A stretch of 64,000 nucleotides of DNA from an uncultured delta proteobacterium (GCA_963745835.1 CAVUZH010000003.1:416001-480000), one strand, 5' to 3'. Positions 31,458 through 42,665 are shown, counted from the first letter of the stretch. Translations and numbers: made by a program. Notes: generated by a model from the letters alone, not told the origin.

Positions 31458-31501
31458 CTGAGTTGCGCGCGCAACGAAATGTTGCGACGTTTCCGCCAGA
31501 A

Positions 31502-31657
31502 CTAGCAGCTGCTGAAAAAGACCCATATGCTTCGTTGCCGCTCAATCGCCTCGCTGCGACGTACTGTAAGTACGCCTCCGCTCGTCGATTTTTCACGCGC
31601 CTCGCCTCTGGATCTTTTTGAGCAGCCTGCAAGAGGCTTTTTTCAGCACCCTGCTAG
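31502..31657 (+). mobile_element. MITE-like element family A, copy 1 (~156 bp)
   Basis: Ends CTAGCAG-CTGCTGAAAAA ... TTTTTCAGCACCCTGCTAG with CTAG on both flanks. Similar copies at 50763-50916, 53669-53825 and (split) 48028-48370. Confidence 0.8.
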
Positions 31658-32373
31658 GCCGGCAAATCGGCAACGGCAATACCCGAATCTATAGCTTCAC
31701 ACTTGGCTTCTTCAGCGGCGGATTTTTGTTGCGCCAGCGCTAGCACCTCGGCGGCGCGGTCACGAGGGATAAAGCAAACGCCGGTGTCATCGGCGAGCAC
31801 GATATCTCCGGCCGCCACGCGCACCCCGCCGACCATGATCTCGCCGTTGATCTCGACGGTTTCGATGCGCCACTTGCCGGTGACCGGTGTGATCTCCGTG
31901 GCCCATACCGGATAGCCGACCCGGCGCGAGTGGCCGACGTCGCGCACACCGCCGAATACGACAGCGCCCGCCTCACCTTGGCGTTTGCCGGTTTGGGCGG
32001 AGATGCCGCCCATGTTGGAGATTCCCGCCACGCCATCGATCACCACGACGTCGCCGGGTAAAGCGAGATTGTGCGCCTCGAACTCGGCCATCTTATTGAC
32101 ATGCCGGCGCGCGGCTTCGTAGACATGCTCCCGTTGGATGATGTTGCGAACCGTTAGGGCCGGCCCAACAATCGACTGCCCCATCATGGTCGGTTTGAGC
32201 ACTGATCCGCCGATGACGCCGGTAATGCCAAGCTCATCCATCACGTCGGAGACGATGCCGCTGGCATCGCCGAGCGCCCGGAAGCCTTCGATGATTTCAT
32301 CCGGCGGTCGTGGCGTTTCCATCCTTCGGATGCGCTCACGCGCGATCTTACCGGTAAGTTTCCGCTCAGTCAT
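31654..32373 (-). CDS. RraA family protein (HMG aldolase-like)
   Basis: VSDVMD, VGPALTV, GDVVVIDG, MGG, GGVRD, GDIVLADDTGV; GGAGGT RBS. Confidence 0.9.
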   Translation of the reverse strand: MTERKLTGKIARERIRRMETPRPPDEIIEGFRALGDASGIVSDVMDELGITGVIGGSVLKPTMMGQSIVGPALTVRNIIQREHVYEAARRHVNKMAEFEAHNLALPGDVVVIDGVAGISNMGGISAQTGKRQGEAGAVVFGGVRDVGHSRRVGYPVWATEITPVTGKWRIETVEINGEIMVGGVRVAAGDIVLADDTGVCFIPRDRAAEVLALAQQKSAAEEAKCEAIDSGIAVADLPA

Positions 32374-32567
32374 CGTCACCTCCCGGAGCATGTATCGCGG
32401 CCAAAATAGGACGGGTGGAATTTACCGTCAAGCTGGACAGGAATTTTTTTTATCGTACGCATGTAGAAGCATGCTTGCGGCTGCGCGTCCACACCGAACG
32501 AACGAGATCTCGGTGGGGTTCGGATTTCATGCCACCAAGTGGTCGCAGGGGCATAACACCCTGCGCG

Positions 32568-32597
32568 TTGACAGCCGATAAATCCCCGGCCTATAAA
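32568..32597 (+). promoter_or_regulatory. Putative sigma-70 promoter for the VOC gene
   Basis: TTGACA-N18-TATAAA, followed by a GGAGGT RBS and ATG at 32623. Confidence 0.55.
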
Positions 32598-32622
32598 CAA
32601 GTGACCAATGCGGAGGTGAAAC

Positions 32623-33393
32623 ATGGGTAAGCTCAGACACATCGCGTTTATTTCCCAGGAGCCAAAGAAACTCAGCGATTTTTATCAGAAGCATTTCGGC
32701 TTCGAGGAATGTAAAGTATTTCCCAGCGGCTCGCGCATGGTGATAGATCCGCTTTTTAATTTGGCATTTCTACAGAGCAGGGGTGATCAGGCGGGCCCGG
32801 TCGCCGGCACGCATCGCGCCGACGGTGCGGAGTTGGAGCGGCAGCCCGGGATTCATCATTACGGTTTTCTTGTCGATGACTTGAACGAGGCCGTCGCCAA
32901 GTTGCCGGCATCCTTGAATCGCGGCGCAAGCCCGCAAGTATCGGCCGGAGTCGGCGGTCTCGAGGGGGCACGGCCGGCGGAAATGCGATTTGTCGATCCG
33001 TGGGGAAACAATGTCGATCTTTCGGCGCGCGGCTTTCTCGGCAGGGAAGAGAAAAGGATCCCCGGCGTGCGACTGCTCGCGGTGCAAGTCCCCGATCTGG
33101 CCGCGGCGTGCGAGTTTTATCAACGGCAGTTCGATCTTAAAATCGTCGGTTGGACGGATGACGGGACGGTGCGCCTGAGTGATGGAACCGTGACCTTGCT
33201 CTTGACCAAAACACAGGTGCGTCCCAAGAGCGGCGTGCAATACTTCGGTATCCAGGTGAGCGACGTGGCGACACTCAAGAGGAGCCTGCAAGACAGCGGC
33301 GTCGCGATTTCCGAGGACGGACCCGGGCAGCTTCACTTCATCGATCCGGAAGGAAATCGGGTGGCCGTTTCGCAGACCGGCTGGACAAACTAG
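32623..33393 (+). CDS. Two-domain VOC family protein
   Basis: LRHIAF, GIHHYGFLVDD, DPWGN; second module ending DPEGNRV. Confidence 0.85.
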   Translation: MGKLRHIAFISQEPKKLSDFYQKHFGFEECKVFPSGSRMVIDPLFNLAFLQSRGDQAGPVAGTHRADGAELERQPGIHHYGFLVDDLNEAVAKLPASLNRGASPQVSAGVGGLEGARPAEMRFVDPWGNNVDLSARGFLGREEKRIPGVRLLAVQVPDLAAACEFYQRQFDLKIVGWTDDGTVRLSDGTVTLLLTKTQVRPKSGVQYFGIQVSDVATLKRSLQDSGVAISEDGPGQLHFIDPEGNRVAVSQTGWTN

Positions 33394-33413
33394 CCAGGCG
33401 ATTCTCAAGACTG

Positions 33414-34370
33414 CTATCGCAGTCCGAGCTCCTTCTGAACGTCGCGTAAAATGGTGAAGTCGGCAACTTCGCCGAGCGGAATGTCGCGGCTGATTTTAAC
33501 GTCTCTCTTGGCCTGCTCGATCAGAAGCTTAAGTCCATCTTCAGGAATGCCGCCGTCGTGGCTGATGACTTTCACAGTGGAGTCGTAAGCGGCGTAGGCG
33601 TGTTCCGGTTTGGCTTTGCCCCACGCTATCAAAATTTTCACGGCTTCTTCCCGATTCTCTCGAATGAAACGGCTCGCTCTGATCAGGGCTTTGATCGCAC
33701 GTTTCACTTGATCGCGGTTTTGCTGAAGTGATTTGGCGTTCACGCCAAGCCCGGACAAAGGATAGTTCAGATAATCGTAAGCTCTTGCCAACACGTTATA
33801 ACCGGATTTTGCCCCCTCGAAATCCCACGGCGGCGAGGTCACCACGGCGTCGGCAAGCTTTTGCTGCAGGCCGGCGAAGCGGCCGGAGTCTGGGCCGAGC
33901 GGGACGAATTGAACTTCTTTATCGGGATCGACGCCGTTGCGGGCTAGAATTATTCTTGCCAGCACCTGCGTGGCATCACCGAACGCGGCGAGCCCAACCT
34001 TTTTGCCGCTGAGCTCTTTGACGGATTTGATCTCCTGGCGCGCCAGAAGCACGTGGGGCGAACTGGTCATCAGACCGGCGACCAAACGCACCGGCAATCC
34101 GCGGATCGCCGCGCGGATTACCGTGCCGGTCAACAAGGTGTAGTCGATGTCGCCGTTGGTCAGCGCCGCGATGGACGGCCCGGCGCCCATGACGATGATG
34201 TCGGCGTCGATTCCTTCGTCTCTAAAGAATCCGCGATGCTCGGCGACGCCGGATGATAGAAAAATCATGTTGTAGCCGCCGGAGACCGAGATGCGAATTT
34301 TCTCTGCGGCCCGTGATTCCACGGATCCGAGAAAAATCCCCATGAGGAGCACGAAAACCAATTTTGACAT
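33414..34370 (-). CDS. ABC transporter substrate-binding protein, NMT1/SsuA-like
   Basis: Signal peptide; GFFRDEGID, RAAIRGLPV, ELSGKKVG. Confidence 0.85.
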   Translation of the reverse strand: MSKLVFVLLMGIFLGSVESRAAEKIRISVSGGYNMIFLSSGVAEHRGFFRDEGIDADIIVMGAGPSIAALTNGDIDYTLLTGTVIRAAIRGLPVRLVAGLMTSSPHVLLARQEIKSVKELSGKKVGLAAFGDATQVLARIILARNGVDPDKEVQFVPLGPDSGRFAGLQQKLADAVVTSPPWDFEGAKSGYNVLARAYDYLNYPLSGLGVNAKSLQQNRDQVKRAIKALIRASRFIRENREEAVKILIAWGKAKPEHAYAAYDSTVKVISHDGGIPEDGLKLLIEQAKRDVKISRDIPLGEVADFTILRDVQKELGLR

Positions 34371-34577
34371 GATCAGGCTCCGCAGGTTTAGTGGATCGTC
34401 GGACTCTGATAGCCCCGCCGGCTGGGCTGCCAATGGCTAACAACTAAAACGATATTGAGAGAGCGCGGCTGGCGGAAGTACCATTCGTCATACGGTAGGC
34501 GACAACTTCGATCTTACCGTGCCGTTTTCTCGCCCGAAAGATCGAGCGACAGTCCAGCGTGTTGTCAGTCCGACGGC

Positions 34578-35066
34578 TCATCTCTTTTGGACTCCAATCA
34601 ATCCAAAGAACTCACTCTCCATCTGACGAAGTGCTTCTGGATGCCCGTGCTTGAAATCTCTAAAGGGTTGCCAAAAGCGAAACGTTCGCGTGCGGCGGAA
34701 GGGACGAAAGACGACCGCGAGCGGATTGAACTGACGATAGCCTCCGAAGTGATGGAACGCCAGCCGAGCAACCGAAACACGCCAGCGGTTACGCTGTGAC
34801 CAATTGAGAACGATGGTCCGCTCACCAATGTGCGGAAGAATCTGTTTCTCGATGTAGTCTCGCCAAATGGGACTGTCGGAGTAGACGAAGAGGATGTCAC
34901 GCCCACGAAGACACCACCACACCCAGATGGTAATGTGCAGGCAAATCGTTGATACCAGGAAGAGAATAAATGCGGTGCCTGCGATAGCGACGATTACCGG
35001 AACGAACGGAACGATGAGCGCAATCTGCCACCATTTGAATTTTTGTTTTGGTTTCGCAGTGTTCAT
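34578..35066 (-). CDS. Hypothetical membrane-anchored protein
   Basis: Long N-terminal TM region followed by LFVYSDSPIW...LNWS...FNPLAVVF...FRFW; start uncertain. Confidence 0.6.
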   Translation of the reverse strand: MNTAKPKQKFKWWQIALIVPFVPVIVAIAGTAFILFLVSTICLHITIWVWWCLRGRDILFVYSDSPIWRDYIEKQILPHIGERTIVLNWSQRNRWRVSVARLAFHHFGGYRQFNPLAVVFRPFRRTRTFRFWQPFRDFKHGHPEALRQMESEFFGLIGVQKR

Positions 35067-35384
35067 GAGCCGCTGATGACCTACGCCATCACGCGATCGT
35101 GAATGATCCGATGATGCCAAGGAGATGATTATCTTGTGCCATCGAGTGTCGTGAAAACATGCCGAACTCCGCTCGCTGCCAGAGAGATTTACCTTCGCGA
35201 TCCGGCGGTTGTCAATCATTGATCGGCGACGTCTACTCTAGCCCGTCGGTATTCTTTCGACCTAGCGCCGAGCGAGAGGCCTAAATGATCCGACTTGAAC
35301 GTGGAAGAAGGCTGGTAAGCTGATCTTATTGACCCTTTCCGCATGGGCGGTGTAGTTTGACAAAAACTATGGGGGTAAATCACG

Positions 35385-36077
35385 ATGATCGATCTCTACT
35401 ATTGGACGACGCCGAACGGACACAAAATCACAATCTTCCTGGAAGAAGCCGGGCTGCCGTACTCGATCAAGCCAGTTGATATTTCTAAAGGCGAGCAATT
35501 CACGCCGGAGTTTCTGAAGATCTCGCCGAACAATCGCATACCGGCGATGGTCGACAATGACGCGGTCGACGGCAAAGGCCCGATCAGCGTTTTTGAGTCC
35601 GGCGCGATCCTTCAATATCTGGCCGAGAAGATCGGTAAATTCTTGCCTGCCGACGTGCGCGGGCGGAGCGAGGTCATGCAGTGGCTGTTCTGGCAGATGG
35701 GTGGGCTCGGTCCGATGGCGGGACAAAACGGTCATTTCAACAACTACGCGCCGGAGAAAATACCTTACGCGATCGAACGCTACGTCAAGGAGACCGAACG
35801 CCTTTACGGCGTGCTCGACGAGCGGCTCGAGGGCCGCGACTTCATCGCCGGCGATTATTCGATCGCCGATATGGCGTGCTATCCCTGGATCGTGCCGCAT
35901 GAACGGCACAAGCAGAAGCTCGATGAGTTCGCCAACTTGAAGCGCTGGTTTTCAACCATTGGAAAGCGGCCCGCTGTGCAGCGAGCCTACGAACTGGCAA
36001 AAAAGATCAATACCCAACCGACGGTAAACCAGGATTCCAAGTCCATCCTATTTGGTCAGGGCCGGCGCAGAGCCTAG
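35385..36077 (+). CDS. yfcG: Glutathione S-transferase, YfcG/YghU-like disulfide reductase
   Basis: MIDLYYWTTPNGHK, ISPNNRIPA, FESGAIL, WQMGGLGPM, YSIADMA. Confidence 0.85.
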   Translation: MIDLYYWTTPNGHKITIFLEEAGLPYSIKPVDISKGEQFTPEFLKISPNNRIPAMVDNDAVDGKGPISVFESGAILQYLAEKIGKFLPADVRGRSEVMQWLFWQMGGLGPMAGQNGHFNNYAPEKIPYAIERYVKETERLYGVLDERLEGRDFIAGDYSIADMACYPWIVPHERHKQKLDEFANLKRWFSTIGKRPAVQRAYELAKKINTQPTVNQDSKSILFGQGRRRA

Positions 36078-36090
36078 TGTGAAATAACCG

Positions 36091-36552
36091 ATGAATTACA
36101 TCCATGCATTTCGAATCGGAAGCAACTGGTTATCAGAGGAGACCCGTTTGGCCTTGCGTGCACTGATTTTGGGTGGTCTGTTGTTATCGAGCCATGTTCC
36201 GCTGTGGGCTGATGACGCGGTGAAAACCGATCCTGACAAGTACAGAGTTGTGCTCGAGAATGAGCGGGTGCGGGTTCTTGAATATCGAGACAAGCCAGGC
36301 GAAAAAACCAAAATGCATACACATCCCGACTTCGTTCTGCAGGCTATGGCGCCGTTCAAGCGAAAATTAACCTTATCCAATGGAAAAACTATGACTCGCG
36401 AGTTCAAAGCCGGAGAAATCGTCTGGATGAATGCTCAGAGTCACATCGGTGAGAATATCGGCGAGACCGACACTCACGTACTGATTACCGAGTTAAAGGA
36501 AATTGCCGGCAAAAAAGCCGTCGAGACCGATGTGCCTAACCGGATTAAGTGA
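36091..36552 (+). CDS. Exported cupin domain protein
   Basis: Signal-like N-terminus; VLENERVRVLE, MHTHP, HIGENIG. Confidence 0.75.
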   Translation: MNYIHAFRIGSNWLSEETRLALRALILGGLLLSSHVPLWADDAVKTDPDKYRVVLENERVRVLEYRDKPGEKTKMHTHPDFVLQAMAPFKRKLTLSNGKTMTREFKAGEIVWMNAQSHIGENIGETDTHVLITELKEIAGKKAVETDVPNRIK

Positions 36553-36620
36553 AATGTTTTACTACCTGCCGGCGATTTTTGGACTTGCAGCGCCGTCCCG
36601 GCCGGCTGTAGATTGCCGCC

Positions 36621-37458
36621 ATGGTAAACAAGACTGAATACGAAATAAAAGAGCGGGATATCGAATATCAGCGCCAGGCCGGCAGGCCGTGGCTGGCTCG
36701 GATCTACCAGCCTCAAGGCGCCGGACCATTTCCGACCCTTGTCGATGTCCATGGGGGCGCATGGCATAACGGCGATCGGATGAATAATGCCGGCATTGAC
36801 AGAGCGCTGGCGACCCACGGCATCTTGGTGGCTGCTGTCGATTTTCGCCAGCCGCCGGAGGCTGGCTATCCCGCTTCTATCTGCGACGTGAACTTAGCTG
36901 TTCGCTGGCTCAAGGCGCACGCGGCTGAGTTCAACGGAACGACTGGTATCGGAGCGTTCGGCAATTCCAGCGGCGGCCATCAAGTTGTGCTCAGCGCGCT
37001 GCGGCCGCGGCACCCGGCGTATTCGGCGCTGCCGCTACCCAAGCATCCCGAGCTTGATGCCAGGCTGGACTATGTGATCGCCGGCTGGCCCGTGATCGAT
37101 CCACTCTATCGCTTCCGCTTTGCCAAGCAGTTCAATCGCGAAGAACACATCAAGGCTCATATCGCAGTATTGGATCACAGAAGATGCGATGGCCGAAGGC
37201 AGTCCGCAAACGATTGTCGAGGACGACGAGCAGGTCGATCTTCCGCCGATACTCATGTTGCTGAAGAACAATGACCGCAATCATCCACTGCAAATGCAGG
37301 AGCGCTTCATCGCCTCCTATCGCAAACGCGGCGGAGAGATCGAGGTGCACACGTTCGATGGTCTGCCGGAGCACCGGGTCGTTCCGTCGCCGAACCAGCC
37401 GGACACGATGCGTCTGATCGATACCATCACGGAGTTTATCTCTCGCAAGGCGCGATGA
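36621..37458 (+). CDS. Alpha/beta hydrolase (HSL-like); apparent frameshift near 37165
   Basis: HGGAW oxyanion motif and GNSSGG nucleophile in ORF 36621. The C-terminal half (LPPILML...D..HP...LPEH) is in ORF 37120..37458. Confidence 0.75.
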
Positions 37459-37577
37459 TGCTGTTTGAGGTAGTGATCCGTCTGTTATTCAGCCGTTGCT
37501 GATGGCAGTAGAAGCTACGCATCAGCTAGCGGCAAAGCTTCGATGATACTTTGCGCCTTAAGCTCGAAGCTGTTTCT

Positions 37578-38729
37578 ATGACCGCGCCGACCGTTGACGA
37601 AATAGATCGAATCGCCCGGCTCGGCAATCCGATCCTGCGCAATCTACAGATTACCCAGTGCTACTACGAAATCTCTCAGTCTGTCGCCGGATTCTTCGGC
37701 GACTCCGCCAACTGGTGCACATTTGCCACATGGGCCTCCAAGCAAGCCGGCCAAACCATTCGCCAGGAAGATTTGATTCGAACCTTTGAGGAACGCTTTT
37801 ATCTCTCCGACGAAATTTCAGCCGCTCTGGAGGGGATTGCGAGCAATCTCAGGCGCATCGGTGCGAGCTTGCACACTGAAGTGCCGCGCAAGGCGATGCT
37901 TCGAGCGATCAATCCGGGCGCAGCATTCGCGCGCGCTGGCGATGCCGTAGCGCGCGGCAACAAGAAAGTGTTCGAGGAAATTGGCCGCGAGTTCGCTCGG
38001 TTTCTCGAAATCTTTGGCGAACAGACCCATCTTGAGCCGGAAAAGACGACGCGCTTCTGCGCCGGGTTGCGTGCCGGAGAGCCGCCGGAGGGACAGCGAC
38101 TCCTGAGTCAGGCGTTCGCGAGCTACTGCGAGGCGCGATTTCAAAATGGGCAAGAGAAAGCCGAATTGATGTTGCTGGCCAATCTCTCGGCCGGTTTTCA
38201 CGAGCAGATTCGGCTTCAACCCGAAATTGTCCAGGCACTCAATGCAGCAACCGATACTGCCGCCGAGTTGAAACGCAATCTTATGACCGCCCTGCTGCCC
38301 GATCTTTATGTTCGTGCCCGCGAAAAAGTTCTGCGGGGTCAGATGACCTATGTGAACGCCGCGTTTGCCCGGCTAATCGAAGAGGTAAACCGTCTGATTC
38401 GACAAGTCATCACCGATCATTTGATGACGCTTCATTTGGCCGGACCGGAGGTGCTTCGACTGGGACGAGATCTGCAAGGAACATTTCCTCAGGAGCTGGG
38501 GCAGATCCGCAATGCCAAGTTAAGAGAAATGCTCGAGCGGGTCGACATAACCCTGAATAGCCTGGCCGAAAGCGGCGCGAACGATTGGGCGGACTTCACC
38601 GATCGCATGCACTTCATCGCCGATTTCTTTCGCGTGTACCAGGAGCGGCAACAGCTGTTCGAAGCGCCATTCACGACCGAACAGGTAGCGCTGTTAAAGT
38701 TGGGCGCTAAACCCGGCGGACGGCTGTGA
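37578..38729 (+). CDS. Conserved-looking hypothetical protein
   Basis: 383 aa with motif-like [33 protein letters not shown] and [12 protein letters not shown]. Confidence 0.75.
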   Translation: MTAPTVDEIDRIARLGNPILRNLQITQCYYEISQSVAGFFGDSANWCTFATWASKQAGQTIRQEDLIRTFEERFYLSDEISAALEGIASNLRRIGASLHTEVPRKAMLRAINPGAAFARAGDAVARGNKKVFEEIGREFARFLEIFGEQTHLEPEKTTRFCAGLRAGEPPEGQRLLSQAFASYCEARFQNGQEKAELMLLANLSAGFHEQIRLQPEIVQALNAATDTAAELKRNLMTALLPDLYVRAREKVLRGQMTYVNAAFARLIEEVNRLIRQVITDHLMTLHLAGPEVLRLGRDLQGTFPQELGQIRNAKLREMLERVDITLNSLAESGANDWADFTDRMHFIADFFRVYQERQQLFEAPFTTEQVALLKLGAKPGGRL

Positions 38730-38788
38730 CGAAATGTCTCGCGTATGGGCAGGTTAAAAAAAAATGCGGATTGCAGCCTGCTGGAAAT

Positions 38789-40543
38789 CTATCCCGCATA
38801 CTCGCGATACAAATTGTCGACTTCCTGCTTTATCTGGCTGATTTTTTTGGACAGGTGGTTCATCTGAGCGAGATTGTTGCGATTGGCTTCGATTACCAGT
38901 TGCTCGTGATACTCTTTTAATGCGTTTTCGCTTTTCATGATCTGGGCTTCGAGCCTGGCGATTCTCGCTTTTTCCCTGCGTTCGGCTTTTTCGCGTTCTT
39001 TTTTCTCGTTGTAATTGTTTCGCGTGGTTGGCTTCTTCTGTGCGCCTTTGCCATCGCTTTCGCCTTCCCAGCCGACCTTTTCGAGAAACTCGTCATAGCC
39101 CGCGTTGAAGACGTCAACCCTGCCGCGGTGAAAGACGACCAATCTCGTGGCCAAAGCGCGAAGGATCCGTTGGTTATGCGTGACGATCAATAATGCGCCG
39201 GAAAAGTTTTGTAAGCTCTCGATCAAGGCGTCAATGGATTCCATGTCGAGATGGTTGTTCGGTTCATCGAGCAAAAGCAGATTCGAAGGATGCGCCAGGA
39301 TCTTGCCCAGTAAGGTCCGGCTTTTTTCGCCGCCGGACAACACCGAGATCCTCTTCAATGCCAGATCGCCACCGAACATCATCGTGCCGCAAATGTTGCG
39401 GACCTGCGTGCGGGTCAGCTTTGGGTTGCTGTGCTCAATCTCCTGTTCGATGGTCAATTTGGGATTGAGCCGCAAAATATTGGTTTGGCCGAAGTACCCG
39501 AGTTTCATATCGGGATGGGCTTTGAGCTCGCCGGTCAGCGGCTGAAGGCCGCCTGACAAAACGTTTAACAAGGTCGACTTGCCTTTGCCGTTGTTGCCGA
39601 TGACGGCGATTCGGTCGCGCCGGTTGACGCTCAGATTGAGATTTTGAAACAGAAGATTGTCGGGCGTGTAACCAAAAGAAATGTCGCGCGCTTCGAGCAA
39701 GGTTTTGGCCGCAAACGGCGCGTGCCTAAATTCGAAATCCAAAGACTCGATTTCGGCTAGCTCGTCGAGCTTGGGCAGTTTCTCCAGCATCTTGAGACGC
39801 GACTGAACCATTTTGGCTTTGGAAGCTTGGGCGCGAAATCGATTGACAAAAGCCTCGGCATGAGCCCGCTTGCGATCTTCGTTGGCCCGGGTCTTTTCGT
39901 GGATTTCGTCCTCCAGGATGATTTGCGCGTAAGCCTTGGCGGTGCCGCCCTCGAACTTACGAATTTTCTGGCGATGGATCACCGCGGTGTGCGTCGTGAC
40001 GCTGTCCATGAAATCCCGATCGTGGGAAATCACAATTAGCTCGCCGTTGAAGCTGGCGAGGAATCTGGCGATCCACCGAACCGAGGTGATGTCGAGGTAA
40101 TTTGTCGGCTCGTCGAGCAATAGCAGGTTGGGCTCGGAAACCAGAAGCTTGGCCAAGTTGATACGGATTTGGAAACCGCCGGAAAAATCGCCAGGCGCTT
40201 TTTCAAGATCGGCAGCGGAGAATCCCAGTCCAAACAAGATGGCTTCCGCTTTATAGATCGAGTGAGATTCCTCTTCGGGCAGTCCTAAAGCCGCCTCCGA
40301 CAAGATCGTCGATTCGGTAAAATGCAGATGTTGCTCGAGATGGCCAATGCGATAATAACGCGGAATCGTGATCTCGCCCGAGTCCGGCTCTTCCTGGCCC
40401 AAGATTAATTTAAACAGCGTCGATTTCCCGTGACCGTTTCGCCCCACCAGACCCAGACGATCGCCGGCATTCATCTGCAAACTAACGTCGCTGAAGAGTT
40501 CCCGAGCGAAATACGATTTGGATAGTTGGTTGATCCTAATCAT
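38789..40543 (-). CDS. ABC-F family ATP-binding protein
   Basis: Two NBDs (GRNGHGKST/FSGG/LDEPTN and GNNGKGKST/LSGGE/LDEPNN), no TM segments, coiled C-terminus. Confidence 0.95.
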   Translation of the reverse strand: MIRINQLSKSYFARELFSDVSLQMNAGDRLGLVGRNGHGKSTLFKLILGQEEPDSGEITIPRYYRIGHLEQHLHFTESTILSEAALGLPEEESHSIYKAEAILFGLGFSAADLEKAPGDFSGGFQIRINLAKLLVSEPNLLLLDEPTNYLDITSVRWIARFLASFNGELIVISHDRDFMDSVTTHTAVIHRQKIRKFEGGTAKAYAQIILEDEIHEKTRANEDRKRAHAEAFVNRFRAQASKAKMVQSRLKMLEKLPKLDELAEIESLDFEFRHAPFAAKTLLEARDISFGYTPDNLLFQNLNLSVNRRDRIAVIGNNGKGKSTLLNVLSGGLQPLTGELKAHPDMKLGYFGQTNILRLNPKLTIEQEIEHSNPKLTRTQVRNICGTMMFGGDLALKRISVLSGGEKSRTLLGKILAHPSNLLLLDEPNNHLDMESIDALIESLQNFSGALLIVTHNQRILRALATRLVVFHRGRVDVFNAGYDEFLEKVGWEGESDGKGAQKKPTTRNNYNEKKEREKAERREKARIARLEAQIMKSENALKEYHEQLVIEANRNNLAQMNHLSKKISQIKQEVDNLYREYAG

Positions 40544-40737
40544 TATGAAAAACCCGAGTAGAGGAAACGTGCGCCTATCAAATATTAGAATCGCATAGTT
40601 TAACTGTGATCGCGCGCCTTTTCCAGCACGGGAACCGAATTCGCTGCTGCGGCTTCCAGCCTCTGCAAAATCAGCTTCCAATTAAGACGAAGTCGCAAGC
40701 CTTTATACCGCGCGCGAAAAACCTGTGCTGCCTTGTT

Positions 40738-40767
40738 CCTTGACCTTACGGATGGTCAAGGTATAGC
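40738..40767 (+). promoter_or_regulatory. Putative sigma-70 promoter overlapped by a dyad operator
   Basis: CCTTGACC-N8-GGTCAAGG perfect inverted repeat covering TTGACC(-35)-N16-TATAGC(-10), upstream of the SBP gene at 40832. Confidence 0.5.
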
Positions 40768-40831
40768 GTTCTTTCATGGCTTCCGGCGCAAGAACCTGCG
40801 GCGGACCGCAGCTCAACAGTAAGGAGCCCCT

Positions 40832-41830
40832 ATGATCAACATCACACGCTTTGCGCTCTCAATTCTCTCCTTGGCGTTAGCGGTTATCTGGAGCACTCCG
40901 GTTCGCGCCCAGCTGACCAAGATCAATGTCGGCTATAGCGCCATCAGCGGCGATGCGCTGCCGGCCTGGATCGCGAAAGATGCCGGCATATTTGAAAAGA
41001 ATGGGCTGGATGTTCAGCTGGTGTTTTTTTCCGGGGGCACGACCGCGGTCATGGCGTTGATTGCGGCTGACACGCCGATCGCCCAATTGGCAGGACCTGC
41101 CGTGGTCCATTCCGCGATGGCGGGGTCGGACGCTACTTTGATCGTCGGCGGCGTCACCTCGCTTAACTACTATCTGATGGGTCGACCTGAAATAAAAACA
41201 CCGGAGCAGCTCAAAGGCGGCTCCGTTGCGATCAGCCGCTTCGGCTCCTCTTCGGATTTCATCGCCCGCTACGCTCTGTCAAAAGTGGGCTTGACGCCGG
41301 GTAAAGACGTGACAATCGTCCAGATCGGTAGCACCACCGCGCGGGTCGACGCCGCCCTTTCAGGCAGAGTGCAAGCGACAGTGGTTCAGCCGCCTGCGAG
41401 CATCATTGCTCAGAAGAAGGGCATGACTATCTTAGCCGATCTGCCCAAGCTCGGTCTGGTTTACCAGCATACCAGCGCCGCAACCACCAAGAGATATATT
41501 CGCGAGCATTCAGACGTCGTCAGGCGCTATGTCAAATCTCAGGTGGATGCCGTCCATCGAATCTACACCGATAAAGAAGCTTCCATCAAAGCGCTGGCCA
41601 AGTATATCGGCCGCAACGTCGATCGTGATGTCCTCGAGAAAACCTGGGAAAATCTGCTCAGCGAACCGGTTCTGCCGAAGAAACAGTATCCTTCCCTCGA
41701 AGGCATCAAGACAATCTTGAATGCTGAGCTCAAAGGCAAGCCGGCTAATCCGCAGGACTTTGCCGATTTGAGCTTCATCAGGGAGCTGGATAAGAGCGGC
41801 TATATCGACGGCCTTTATAAGAAAAAGTAG
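40832..41830 (+). CDS. ABC transporter substrate-binding protein, NMT1/SsuA-like
   Basis: TAAGGAG RBS; signal peptide; GIFEKNGLDVQLV and LKGGSVAISRFGSSSD. Confidence 0.88.
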   Translation: MINITRFALSILSLALAVIWSTPVRAQLTKINVGYSAISGDALPAWIAKDAGIFEKNGLDVQLVFFSGGTTAVMALIAADTPIAQLAGPAVVHSAMAGSDATLIVGGVTSLNYYLMGRPEIKTPEQLKGGSVAISRFGSSSDFIARYALSKVGLTPGKDVTIVQIGSTTARVDAALSGRVQATVVQPPASIIAQKKGMTILADLPKLGLVYQHTSAATTKRYIREHSDVVRRYVKSQVDAVHRIYTDKEASIKALAKYIGRNVDRDVLEKTWENLLSEPVLPKKQYPSLEGIKTILNAELKGKPANPQDFADLSFIRELDKSGYIDGLYKKK

Positions 41831-41931
41831 TGACGTCTTTCGCTGCTTAGCTTCTGACCACCGAGTCCGGATCGAAACCAGGCAGCATTATCGACATCTC
41901 TAAACCGGGCGAGCTCAGTCCTATCCCGACT

Positions 41932-42369
41932 CTACGCTCGCGGCTTGCCGGGAGGAATCCGCTTCGCGACCTGCGCATGAGCGAGCACCACTGCCGGATC
42001 GCGCTGCAAAGCCGCCAGATAACGCGCGCTGAAATCGCCTTCGCCTTTGGCCGGGACCAGCAGAAAGACCGATTCCATGATCACCGCGTCGATAGTATCG
42101 TTGGTCAACGGTTCCCGCGCGTCAAGAACTTCGTCGATGACAACGATCAGTTGCGATATTGGGCGCAACCAGGCGAACCACGGGTCGTTGGTTAGAAGCT
42201 GAAAGAAATGATGCGGCGATCGTACCGGTCCAACATCAACTTCGTAAACCGCGCGTTCGGAATCGATCAGTGTCTTGTGCAAATCGAGCAAGGCATGGCG
42301 GAACTCCAGCAGAGGTTGGCGAATCGCTGAATCTTGCGAGTTTTGTCGATCCCGTCTTACGCTTTTCAT
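41932..42369 (-). CDS. Hypothetical helical protein
   Basis: LLDLHKTLID.ER..YE, DPWFAWLRPISQLIV.IDE, LQRDP.VV.AH; start uncertain. Confidence 0.7.
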   Translation of the reverse strand: MKSVRRDRQNSQDSAIRQPLLEFRHALLDLHKTLIDSERAVYEVDVGPVRSPHHFFQLLTNDPWFAWLRPISQLIVVIDEVLDAREPLTNDTIDAVIMESVFLLVPAKGEGDFSARYLAALQRDPAVVLAHAQVAKRIPPGKPRA

Positions 42370-42665
42370 AATCTGAATCATAACACGGCCGAGCCGACTT
42401 TGCGTGAGTCGATCTTGCTCGGCGCACCGGGTACTCGGAGCCAAAGTAGAGCACCTCTCCGGTTCTTTGCGTCCGGCGCTTCCCTGGAACAAATAGCAAT
42501 TGACAGTTTTCATCCGTTAGTTAACGATGGAAGCGGGTCCAATCATTGAACTGCTGCCTGCGGAATGTTACAGCGTGGAGCCAGTTATTTCTCACCCGGC
42601 TTGGCTCGGCACGATGTTTCGTCATCGGCGCTTGCAACTTGAAGGAGGACGATCGACTAAGCGCA

